Positions 1 through 9,117 of a stretch of 64,000 bases of DNA are shown piece after piece; the stretch's first letter is position 1; each line of letters starts with the position of its first letter. Source of the DNA: an uncultured delta proteobacterium. Its GTDB lineage: Bacteria > Myxococcota > UBA727 > VGSZ01. The stretch lies in NCBI GenBank assembly GCA_963775425.1, contig CAVZJB010000016.1, forward strand, positions 896,001-960,000, written 5' to 3'. The position numbers were made by a program, and so were the translations under genes. The notes beneath the pieces are model-generated. The model made no database searches. It saw nothing but the letters and a program-made list of their open reading frames with translations, and was not told the DNA's origin.

Positions 1-2
1 AG

Positions 3-110
3 GACTGCGACGACGCCCTCGGCGCGGGCTTCGAATGCAAGGAGAACGCGTGCCTCCCCGTCGATCAGAACGACGGCGCCGAGGGCGAGGGCGAGGGCGA
101 GGGCGAGTAG
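3..110 (+). CDS. C-terminal fragment of a Cys-rich protein ending in a (GE)n tail (5' end outside window)
   Basis: Manual translation from base 3: DCDDALGAGFECKENACLPVDQNDGAEGEGEGEGE-stop (TAG 108-110); GC-rich third positions. Confidence 0.75.
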   Translation, partial: DCDDALGAGFECKENACLPVDQNDGAEGEGEGEGE

Positions 111-113
111 CCC

Positions 114-1154
114 TCAGCCGCCGCTGAAGAGCGCGCGGGCCCCCTCCTCGTCGAGGATGCCGAGCTCCTCGCGCAACTGCTGCTCGCGCGCCCACGCATC
201 GGGACACAAACCACGGGCGATGGCTGCGAGCTCCGGCGCCTCCACCCGGCGCATCCGCGACAGGGCGGCGTCCAGGACGTCGCGGGCGTGGGCGGCGGTG
301 ACGACGTCGCCGATCTGTGGCTCCCTCCCTCCGAGGGCTCCGAGGTACGGGTCGAGCATCACCTGAAAGAGCTCCTGCACGCGCGCGTCGTCGCGGACGC
401 TCGGCTCCTCCGGCGGCAGCATGCGCACGAGGCTCTCCACGATGGACCCGCGCCCGTCGGTGAGCGGGGCGCGCGGGAAGATGGGCGGCAGCACGGCGAG
501 GGCGCCGTCCCAGGTCACGGCGAAGCTCTCCGGCCCCGCGTCGTGCTCGTGGGCGCGAGAGAGCCACCGCGCGATCCACGCGGCGATGTGCAGCGCGACC
601 TCCGGCTCGAGCGCGCGCGCCCGCGCGCAGATCAGGCGCAGCGGCACCCCGTCGACGGGCTCGAGCACGCGCAAGGCGCCGTCGCGCGCGAGGACGGCGA
701 GGCCGCGGCGCACGCGGCCGCCGGGGTCGAGGGTCAGGCACGGCCAACGCCCGGGGGCGCCGACGCCGGCGCAGTCGAACAGCAGGGTGCTCGGCGAGAC
801 GCGCACCCTGCGCTCCAGCGGCCGCGCGTGTACGGGGTCGAAGCGCACCGTGACGCCGAGATCGGGCCAGCCCACGCGCGCCCCCGGGCGCAGCATGCGC
901 CAGCCGGCGTTGTCGATCGGCTGGCCGTCGACGACGGCGCGGTCGCCGAAGGCGTTGGCGGCCCAGCCCTCGGCGCGCTGCACGAGGTCGACGCGGTGGG
1001 CGAGCCGCGCTTCGCGGGAGACGCGGACAAGGACGTCCCCGAGGCGCCCGATGCCGTTGCGTTCGCTGCTGAGCAGATCGACGGCCTGCCCGAGCGCCGG
1101 GGCCTCGACGAGGCCGCGCCTGTCCTCGATCAAGGTCACCGTCGCCCGCTGCAT
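114..1154 (-). CDS. Hypothetical protein, FHA-like N-terminus plus degenerate Ser/Thr kinase-like C-terminus
   Basis: IGR...VVDGQPI...LRPGARV resembles FHA; VLEPVDGVPL / ALHIAAWIARWLSRAHE / HDAGPESFAVTWDGALAVL resemble kinase subdomains V-VII without HRD or DFG. Confidence 0.55.
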   Translation of the reverse strand: MQRATVTLIEDRRGLVEAPALGQAVDLLSSERNGIGRLGDVLVRVSREARLAHRVDLVQRAEGWAANAFGDRAVVDGQPIDNAGWRMLRPGARVGWPDLGVTVRFDPVHARPLERRVRVSPSTLLFDCAGVGAPGRWPCLTLDPGGRVRRGLAVLARDGALRVLEPVDGVPLRLICARARALEPEVALHIAAWIARWLSRAHEHDAGPESFAVTWDGALAVLPPIFPRAPLTDGRGSIVESLVRMLPPEEPSVRDDARVQELFQVMLDPYLGALGGREPQIGDVVTAAHARDVLDAALSRMRRVEAPELAAIARGLCPDAWAREQQLREELGILDEEGARALFSGG

Positions 1155-1172
1155 GCGTGAAACCTATCGTCG

Positions 1173-2111
1173 TCAGCCGAGGATCGAGCGGAGCGCCTCC
1201 GCCGACGTCAGCCGCGGCGCGCAGCCCGCCGCCGCCAGCTTTGTCGACGACAGCACGAAGGGGTGCATGAGGTACGGCAGCATGCTCGCCGGCGCGCGCA
1301 GGTGCGGCGGCAGCACGCGCGCGAGCGCGTCGAGCACGGGGGCGACGAAGCGCACGGGCACGTCCAGCACCCGTTTGCCCGCGATCTGCGCGACGTCCTC
1401 GAGCGCGAGCCAGTCCGCGCTCGCCACGTTGAACGCGCCCTCCACGGACGCGGTGGCGAGGAACGCGAGCGCGCGGGCGACGTCGTCGACGTGGACGAAC
1501 TGCAGTTGCGGCCGCCGCCCGTCGAGCGCCGGCAGCAACGGCGACGAGCGGATGATCTCCGTGAGGTAGTTGCGCGCGCCGCGGCCGTACACGATGGCCG
1601 GTCGCGCCACCGCGCGGGCGAGCCCGCCGCCCTCCGCGGCGAGCACGTCCTCCTGCGCGGCCTTGTCGACGGCGTAGGGGAAGTCGGCGTTGGGGCGCAC
1701 CGGCGTGGACTCGTCGAGGGGCACGCGGTTTTCGGGGCGCGCGCCGTAGACCACCGCCGACGACGCCAGGACGAAGCGCGGCACGCCCGCGGCGCGCGCG
1801 GCGCGCACCACGTTGCGGGTGCCGTCGACGTGGAGGCGGCGCATCGCGTCCCGCTCCCCGGGCGCCGGCGGATCCACGCGCGCGGCCAGGTGGACGACGG
1901 CGGCCGCGCCGCGAAACAACGGCGTGAGCTGTTCGACGGCCGCGGGCGTGGCGATGTCGACCAAGGGAGCGACGTCACGATCAGGCGCGGCCGCCGCCCC
2001 CGGTCGCCGATCGACGACGACGACCTCGCGACCGCCGGCTCGCAGCAGCTCGGCCACGGCCCGCCCGATGAACCCCGCGCCGCCCACCACGACGACCCGC
2101 ACGCGCTCCAT
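1173..2111 (-). CDS. NAD-dependent epimerase/dehydratase (extended SDR)
   Basis: GGAGFIG Rossmann motif, VVHLAA, SSAVVYG, YAVDK (YxxxK), RPAIVYG, QFVHVDDVA. Confidence 0.92.
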   Translation of the reverse strand: MERVRVVVVGGAGFIGRAVAELLRAGGREVVVVDRRPGAAAAPDRDVAPLVDIATPAAVEQLTPLFRGAAAVVHLAARVDPPAPGERDAMRRLHVDGTRNVVRAARAAGVPRFVLASSAVVYGARPENRVPLDESTPVRPNADFPYAVDKAAQEDVLAAEGGGLARAVARPAIVYGRGARNYLTEIIRSSPLLPALDGRRPQLQFVHVDDVARALAFLATASVEGAFNVASADWLALEDVAQIAGKRVLDVPVRFVAPVLDALARVLPPHLRAPASMLPYLMHPFVLSSTKLAAAGCAPRLTSAEALRSILG

Positions 2112-2180
2112 GCTCGCGCGATTAGCACGTCGCCGCAGGGAGCGTCGCGTGGGCGGACCCGAGCGCCGCCACGCCCTCGC

Positions 2181-2819
2181 TCACATCTGAACCTCGCCCG
2201 AGGGGCCGTAGCGGCCCGGCGGCGGCGCCGCCGCCGCCGCCCACCGCACACACAGGTCGAAGCGCTCCTCGGAGAACGCGCGCATGGCGATGACGGCGCT
2301 GCGCCTCACTGATGCGAGCCCGGCCTCGGCCGCGCCGACGAGCCCGTCGCGAAACGCCAGATAGTCCTGCACCGCGAGCACGCAGAGCCCCGGGCCCTGC
2401 TCAATGATACGGATGCTCGCGCTCGACCCCGACATCCGCGCCGCCGTCGGCGCGACGCGCAGGAGCGTGCCGGGGCTCCTCATGGCGACGCCGAACAGGA
2501 CGCGCGACAGCGGCGACGACATCAGCGCAGGAATGCTCAGCCAGCCGGTGCGCCGGAGGGCCTCCCGGATCGGCGCGGTCGGATAAAGCGCGCGCGCGAC
2601 GTCGCGTGTCCCGCGCAGCGCCACCCGGAGAGACACGTCGTCACGAGGGTCGGGGACGCGACGGATGCCGGCGACGTCGCAGCCCTGCCGTCGCGCAAAG
2701 TCGACGAGGTAGTGGAGGAAGAAGCCCCGGATGCGGCGGTTCGCGGGGACCCGCGCGATGAGGGCGTCGGTATCGAGCGGCTCGGAGGTGTCGATCGGGG
2801 TGAAGCCGTCCACAAGCAA
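2181..2819 (-). CDS. DUF2378 / TIGR02265-like myxobacterial protein
   Basis: Pattern RVP...IRGFFL...ALYP...REALRRTG...SPLSRVLF...GLVGAAE recalls this family; ~212 aa; start codon uncertain. Confidence 0.65.
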   Translation of the reverse strand: MLVDGFTPIDTSEPLDTDALIARVPANRRIRGFFLHYLVDFARRQGCDVAGIRRVPDPRDDVSLRVALRGTRDVARALYPTAPIREALRRTGWLSIPALMSSPLSRVLFGVAMRSPGTLLRVAPTAARMSGSSASIRIIEQGPGLCVLAVQDYLAFRDGLVGAAEAGLASVRRSAVIAMRAFSEERFDLCVRWAAAAAPPPGRYGPSGEVQM

Positions 2820-2871
2820 CCCATCGGTCGAGCGACGCGAACCTGAAGCCCGAACGCCCTAGACTCGCCCC

Positions 2872-4179
2872 GTGACCATCCACTTTGCGCCCAAGGATCT
2901 GGCGGCGTCTCTGAAGGCGCTCGGCCTCGCCCCCTCGTCGCTCGAGAGCCCGCACGAGGCCGCGCGCGCCGCCCTCGACGCCGGCGGCGAAAAGAAGACC
3001 GCGCACATCCTGCGCGACCTCGACGACGCGTCGCTGGCGCACCTGCGTGTCCTCCTCGGCGACACGGGCGGCGTGAAGGGCGCGCCCGCCGGTCCGCCCC
3101 CGAAGCGACGAACGGGCGCCGGCCTCGACGAGGTCCACGCGCGGCTCAGCGACGCCACGCGGCCGGCGGAGGCCGAGCGCGCGCGCGCGCTGTACCGGCC
3201 GAGCAAGAAGACCCCCTCGCGCTCCTTCGAGCGCTTCCTGCTCCACGCCGGCCGCCTCCACGACGCCCTGAGCGGCCCGGGGCTCGAGGCCATGCTCCAC
3301 GATCCCAAGGCCGCCGAGGACGTGCGCAAGCACCTCTTCATGCTCGAGGGCCTCGTGCGCTTCTATGAGGACCGCGGGCCCAAGTCGAAGATGGAGAGCG
3401 CGCTCGCCGACATCAAGGCGCTCGAGGACGCCCTCGGCGCCTTCGGCTACGCCTGCGACATGAAGGCCGCCGGCGACCGCATAGACGATCTCGCGGACGC
3501 GGCGCGCGACGCGCTCGCCCATGGCGTGGCGCGTGCGCAAGAGCAGCTCACGCGCCTCGTCGACGACGGGTGGCGGCCCGACGGCGAAGGGCGGGTGCCG
3601 CGCGTCAACGATCTCGTCGACACGTTCGCGCGCATCGACTTCGGCGGCCCCAAGGAGGACCGCGCCTTCGTCCGCGAGCGCCTCGAAGACATGGCGGACA
3701 AGCTCGCGGGCAAGGCGCTCGACATGGGCGACCTCGAGGGCGGCATCCACGAGCTGCGGCGGCGGCTGCGCTGGATCCCCATCACGCTCATCGCGCTCGA
3801 CGGCCTGGTGGCCCTCGACGAAGACGCCGGTGGCCCGTTCGCCGCGCTCAAAGACGCGCCGGTGGCGCAGACGCCGTTCGCGCGGCTGCCGGCGCCGGCG
3901 GGCGTCGACCAGGAGCGCCTCACGCTCGCGTGGCCCATGTTCCTCGCGCTGTCCCAGGCCATCGGCGACCTCGGCAAGATCAAGGATCGCGGCCAGGTCA
4001 TCGAGGGCATCGCCGACGCGCTCGTCGACGCCGGCGTGCCCGAGGCGCAGGCCCGGGAGCGCGCCGAGGCGCACCTCGGCGATCCCGGCGGCATGGCCGC
4101 CGTCCACGAAGACGCGGCCCGCCTCTACCAGGACCTGAAGGACAGCGGCCTCTTCGACGCCCTCGCGCGCGCCTTCTGA
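2872..4179 (+). CDS. CHAD-like helical protein
   Basis: GIHELRRRLRW, IKALEDALG and IGDLGKIKD resemble the repeated CHAD motifs; coding-like codon usage. Confidence 0.6.
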   Translation: MTIHFAPKDLAASLKALGLAPSSLESPHEAARAALDAGGEKKTAHILRDLDDASLAHLRVLLGDTGGVKGAPAGPPPKRRTGAGLDEVHARLSDATRPAEAERARALYRPSKKTPSRSFERFLLHAGRLHDALSGPGLEAMLHDPKAAEDVRKHLFMLEGLVRFYEDRGPKSKMESALADIKALEDALGAFGYACDMKAAGDRIDDLADAARDALAHGVARAQEQLTRLVDDGWRPDGEGRVPRVNDLVDTFARIDFGGPKEDRAFVRERLEDMADKLAGKALDMGDLEGGIHELRRRLRWIPITLIALDGLVALDEDAGGPFAALKDAPVAQTPFARLPAPAGVDQERLTLAWPMFLALSQAIGDLGKIKDRGQVIEGIADALVDAGVPEAQARERAEAHLGDPGGMAAVHEDAARLYQDLKDSGLFDALARAF

Positions 4180-4236
4180 CGGCGCCCCCGCCCGACGGCC
4201 GTCCGGTCGGGGCGCGGACCGGTGTCAGGGGCGATA

Positions 4237-5328
4237 ATGCCCCCGGTGAACCGCAAGGCAGCGCTCCTCATCGCCGCCATCGTCGTCGTCGTGGGCGGCG
4301 CGACGGCGCTTGCGTGGCTGCGCCCGACGCTGCGTACCGCGGAGCGGGGGCGGCGCGAGCGCGAGCGCGCGGAGCGCGCGGCGGCGCACGTGTCGCCGCA
4401 GTGGCGCGCCGACGTCGACGCCGTGCTCGCCGACACCGCGCTGTGGGCGGTGCTGCTCCCGCAGGGCCCCGCGCGGGACGCCGCGCCGTACCTGGCGGAC
4501 CGGGTGTCGTGGGATCGCGCGCCCGCCGCGCACCCCCCGAAGATGCCCGCGGCCACCGCCGACGCCCTCGCGCGCGACAATCTGTTCATGCACGCCGACG
4601 AGGTGCCGCTTACGGGCCTCGACACGTCGTGGATGCGTCCGTTGCCGCGCTACACGGTCTGGGACCTGGACGCGTCGCCGCCGCGGACGGCGGCGCCCGA
4701 CGACTCGCTGCTCCTCGCGGCGCGCCCCGAGGTGCTGCCGCTGTTGCGCTGGGGGCGGGCGCGGCTCGTCCAGGGCCTGGTGCGGGGCGACGTCCAGGCG
4801 GCGTCGGACGAGGTGCGCGCGCTCGCGCGCTTGCTGTGGTCCACGGACCGCGCGCTCGACGACGCCGTCGCCGCCCGCCTCATCGCCGACGACGCCGCGG
4901 CGCGCGCTGCCGGGCGCCGCCTCGGCGACGCGCTGACGTCGCCGGAGATAGCGACGGCCGCCAAGCTGCAGAAGGTGACGGAGTCCGAGGGGCTGCTCTT
5001 TCAGGTCTACACACCGGCGAGCCTCACGCACTTCGAACAGACCGACGTCGTCTTCTGCGGCGCCCTCGCCGACGGCGCCGCCGCATTCCTCCTCGGCGGC
5101 CGCAGCTTCGCGCGCCACGCGGGCCGGCGCGCGTCGATCGGGCGTGCGCTGGCACAGAGCCCGTGCAGGCTCACGCGGATCCGGCGCCAATGGGCCACCG
5201 GCGGCGGCGCGCTCCCCACCACCGACGCGCGCTCGCTCGTCTCGTCGTGGCTCGAGGACGCGATCATCGCCGTCGTCGCCATGCCGCCCCGCGGCTACTT
5301 CGCCGACGCGCTCGAGGCTTCCCCCTGA
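4237..5328 (+). CDS. Hypothetical membrane-anchored protein
   Basis: N-terminal RK followed by hydrophobic helix (AALLIAAIVVVVGGATALAWL); stops just before the next gene. Confidence 0.6.
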   Translation: MPPVNRKAALLIAAIVVVVGGATALAWLRPTLRTAERGRRERERAERAAAHVSPQWRADVDAVLADTALWAVLLPQGPARDAAPYLADRVSWDRAPAAHPPKMPAATADALARDNLFMHADEVPLTGLDTSWMRPLPRYTVWDLDASPPRTAAPDDSLLLAARPEVLPLLRWGRARLVQGLVRGDVQAASDEVRALARLLWSTDRALDDAVAARLIADDAAARAAGRRLGDALTSPEIATAAKLQKVTESEGLLFQVYTPASLTHFEQTDVVFCGALADGAAAFLLGGRSFARHAGRRASIGRALAQSPCRLTRIRRQWATGGGALPTTDARSLVSSWLEDAIIAVVAMPPRGYFADALEASP

Positions 5329-5459
5329 GCGTCGACGGGAGCGTCGATCCGCGCGGGCCCCCGGCTCGGTCCTTGCGACGACGAGCGGCCACCGCGCACC
5401 AACGAGACACGGCGTCCTTCCGGTCGCGAGAGGCGCGAGCGGCGTGTACAAAAGACGTG

Positions 5460-6530
5460 ATGCGCCTCGTCCCCGCCCTGCTCGTGCCCCTCACGGCGGC
5501 GTGCGCGCCGGCGTTCGACGTCGACGGCGCGCGAGAGGTCGGGGCGATCCAGAGTGAGCACGTCGTGGGCCGCGACGGCGGCGCGAGCGTCCTCGTGGGC
5601 GACAGCGACGTCTGGATCTTCGGCGACAGCTTCGTCGACACCGCCGACGCCGACGGCAGGACGTTTCACTCGAGCTCCTCCGCGGTCACCGGCGACCTCC
5701 GCGCCCGCGACGGCCTCGACGACTTCGCCGCGCCCCTCGATGACGCGGGCTCCCCGCTGCGGTTCCTCGACGAGACCGCGGACGAGCACGCCTTCAACCT
5801 CGCGCACCTCGATCACGACGGCGCTTGCGACGAGGATCCCTGCGGCGCGCGCAACGTCACCTGGCCGGGAACGACGGTCCACGACGTCGTCGGCGACCGC
5901 TTCATCACGTTCTACCAGCGCATCCACGCGGAGCCCGGCGACTACAACTTCCACGGCACCGGCACGTCGCTGGCGTTCTGGTCGACGCTCGAGGAGCGCC
6001 CGCAGCGCGTGGAGCCGCCGCTGTTCGCCGAGGACGAGCCGGCGTTCGGGACCGCCGCGGCCGTCGGCGACGACGGCCTCCTGTACGCCTTCGCCTGCGA
6101 CAGCGAGGGCCTGTCCACGCCCTGCAAGCTCGCGCGCGTCGCGCCCGCCGACGCCGGCGACCGCGCGCAGTGGACCTTCTACGACGGCGGCGGCTACGTC
6201 GACGACCTCGCCCGCGCCGCCTCCGTGCTCGATGGAGCGCCAATCATGACGCTCGCGAAGAGCGCGCACCTCCACGCGTGGCTCGTCGTATACTCGGCGC
6301 CGCTGTCGAGTGACGTCGTCGCGCGGGTCGCCGACGCCATCGAGGGCCCCTGGTCCGCGCCGGTCAAGCTCTTCACCGCGGACCACGCCGACGATGGCAA
6401 CGTCTACGACGCCTACCTCCACCCCGAGCTCGCCGGCGGCGACGGCGCCCACCTCGTCGTCAGCTACTCGCGCGCCGACGGCACCTTCTTCGGCAGCGTG
6501 ACCGTCCTCGAGGACGTGGCCCTCCGCTGA
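5460..6530 (+). CDS. DUF4185-like beta-propeller lipoprotein
   Basis: Lipobox LTAAC; GRDGG...WIFGDSF, KLARV, WTFYDG, GPWSAP, YDAYLHPE motifs. The real gene is the 3' third of ORF 3570..6530. Confidence 0.75.
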   Translation: MRLVPALLVPLTAACAPAFDVDGAREVGAIQSEHVVGRDGGASVLVGDSDVWIFGDSFVDTADADGRTFHSSSSAVTGDLRARDGLDDFAAPLDDAGSPLRFLDETADEHAFNLAHLDHDGACDEDPCGARNVTWPGTTVHDVVGDRFITFYQRIHAEPGDYNFHGTGTSLAFWSTLEERPQRVEPPLFAEDEPAFGTAAAVGDDGLLYAFACDSEGLSTPCKLARVAPADAGDRAQWTFYDGGGYVDDLARAASVLDGAPIMTLAKSAHLHAWLVVYSAPLSSDVVARVADAIEGPWSAPVKLFTADHADDGNVYDAYLHPELAGGDGAHLVVSYSRADGTFFGSVTVLEDVALR

Positions 6531-6533
6531 CGC

Positions 6534-7541
6534 TCACCGGGCGAGCGCGGCCATCCACGCAAACAGCGCGAGCGGCTTCATCGCAGGCGCGCCGGTGAGC
6601 TCGCGGGCGACCGCCTCGACGTTGACGGCGATGCGCTCGGGCTCGCCCCACGACGCCCACGGCGCCTCGCGAAACGCGCGCGAGCCGAGGATGTCGCGGG
6701 CGGTGTCGAACGCGGAGGCGCCGGCGGCCAGGCGCGGTCTGGCCTCGGCCTCGACGAACGCCAGGTAGTCGCGCTGCGCGGCGATGGCGGCGTTGTCGGC
6801 GACCGGCCCGTGGCCGGGGACGACGACCGCCGCGTCGAGGGCGAGCAAGCAATCGCACGCGGCGACGAAGCGCGACACGGGGCCCGCCCAGACGATGGGC
6901 GTGCCGCGGTGAAACAGGAGGTCGCCCGTGAACAACACGCGCTTGTCCGGGAGCCAGACGGCGACGTCGCCGCGCGTGTGCGCCGGCCCGAGCTCGAAGA
7001 GGCGCGCCTCGACGCCGCCGACGGTGAGCGTGAGCGCGTCGTCGAACACCTCGGTGGGCGGCACCAAGCGCACACCGCCGAACTCGAACCGCTCGAAGCC
7101 GCGCAGCCAGTACGAGGCGAGCGCGTGCGCCGACGCCGGGCCCACCGGCACCGCCGACGTCACCGCGCGCGGGAGCGCGCGCAGCAGGCGCATCGCGCGG
7201 TTGGCCCACGCCATCACCGACGGCGGCACCTCGCGCATCTCGTCGCGCGCGCGCCGGGAGGACACGATGCGCACCCCGGGCCTTCGCTCGAGGACGGCGC
7301 CGTTTCCGTAGCAGTGGTCGCCGTTGGCGTGCGTGTTGACGACGACGTCGACGACGCCGAGCGAGCCGGCGGCGTCGAGCAAGGCGCGCGTGCGCCCGGC
7401 GTCATAGAGCGTGTCCACGAGCAGCGCCGAGCCGCCGTCGCCGACGACGCCGGCGTTCGACAAGCCCCACGAGCCGTCGGGCTGCAGATAGGCGGCGCAG
7501 CCGGGCGCTATCTCGACGAGGCCGCTGTCGCTGGACGACAC
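6534..7541 (-). CDS. MBL-fold metallo-hydrolase (cyclase-like)
   Basis: SNAG, LLVDT, NTHANGDHCYGN, GPAHTRGD, FTGDLLF, VPGHG. Confidence 0.9.
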   Translation of the reverse strand: MSSSDSGLVEIAPGCAAYLQPDGSWGLSNAGVVGDGGSALLVDTLYDAGRTRALLDAAGSLGVVDVVVNTHANGDHCYGNGAVLERRPGVRIVSSRRARDEMREVPPSVMAWANRAMRLLRALPRAVTSAVPVGPASAHALASYWLRGFERFEFGGVRLVPPTEVFDDALTLTVGGVEARLFELGPAHTRGDVAVWLPDKRVLFTGDLLFHRGTPIVWAGPVSRFVAACDCLLALDAAVVVPGHGPVADNAAIAAQRDYLAFVEAEARPRLAAGASAFDTARDILGSRAFREAPWASWGEPERIAVNVEAVARELTGAPAMKPLALFAWMAALAR

Positions 7542-7592
7542 GGCGCTGTGCTATCGCCGCCGCCCCCGCCGCGAAAGGCCCGCACATCGTCG

Positions 7593-7744
7593 CCGACGCC
7601 CGCCGGGACGACGCCCGTCGACGACGCCCGCCGGGAACGACGCCCGCGGGGAACGACGCACGCCCCTCGGCCCGGCGGGGTGCCGGGCCGAAGGGCCGAG
7701 CGCGGCGGAGCGGGTGTGGGGTGCCTCGGGCGCACCCGCTCCGC
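7593..7744. repeat. Four degenerate CGACGCCCG repeats plus two GC-rich hairpins downstream of recA
   Basis: CGACGCCCG x4 in 7593-7659; stems TCGGCCCGGC/GCCGGGCCGA (7667-7691) and GCGGAGCGGGTG/CACCCGCTCCGC (7705-7744). Confidence 0.6.
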
Positions 7745-7802
7745 GGATGGGTGAGCGACCGGAGCCGCGCGGATCAACTCCCAGAGAGAGCGGCCGCGCG
7801 GA

Positions 7803-9002
<1,200 letters not shown>

Positions 9003-9024
9003 GATTGTGCTCCTTGAAGGACCC

Positions 9025-9041
9025 CTGAACACTTGTTCAAG
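9025..9041. promoter_or_regulatory. LexA (SOS) box upstream of recA
   Basis: CTGAACACTTGTTCAAG has the palindromic core TGAAC-N4-GTTCA and matches the M. xanthus consensus CTRHAMRYBYGTTCAGS (as recalled) at 16/17 positions; about 25-40 bp upstream of the recA start. Confidence 0.85.
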
Positions 9042-9117
9042 GGTAACGGAAAGTGCCGCGTTCTTACAAGGACATCCGTGTGGCGATGCCGAATTTTGCG
9101 CTGATCCCGCCGGGGCC

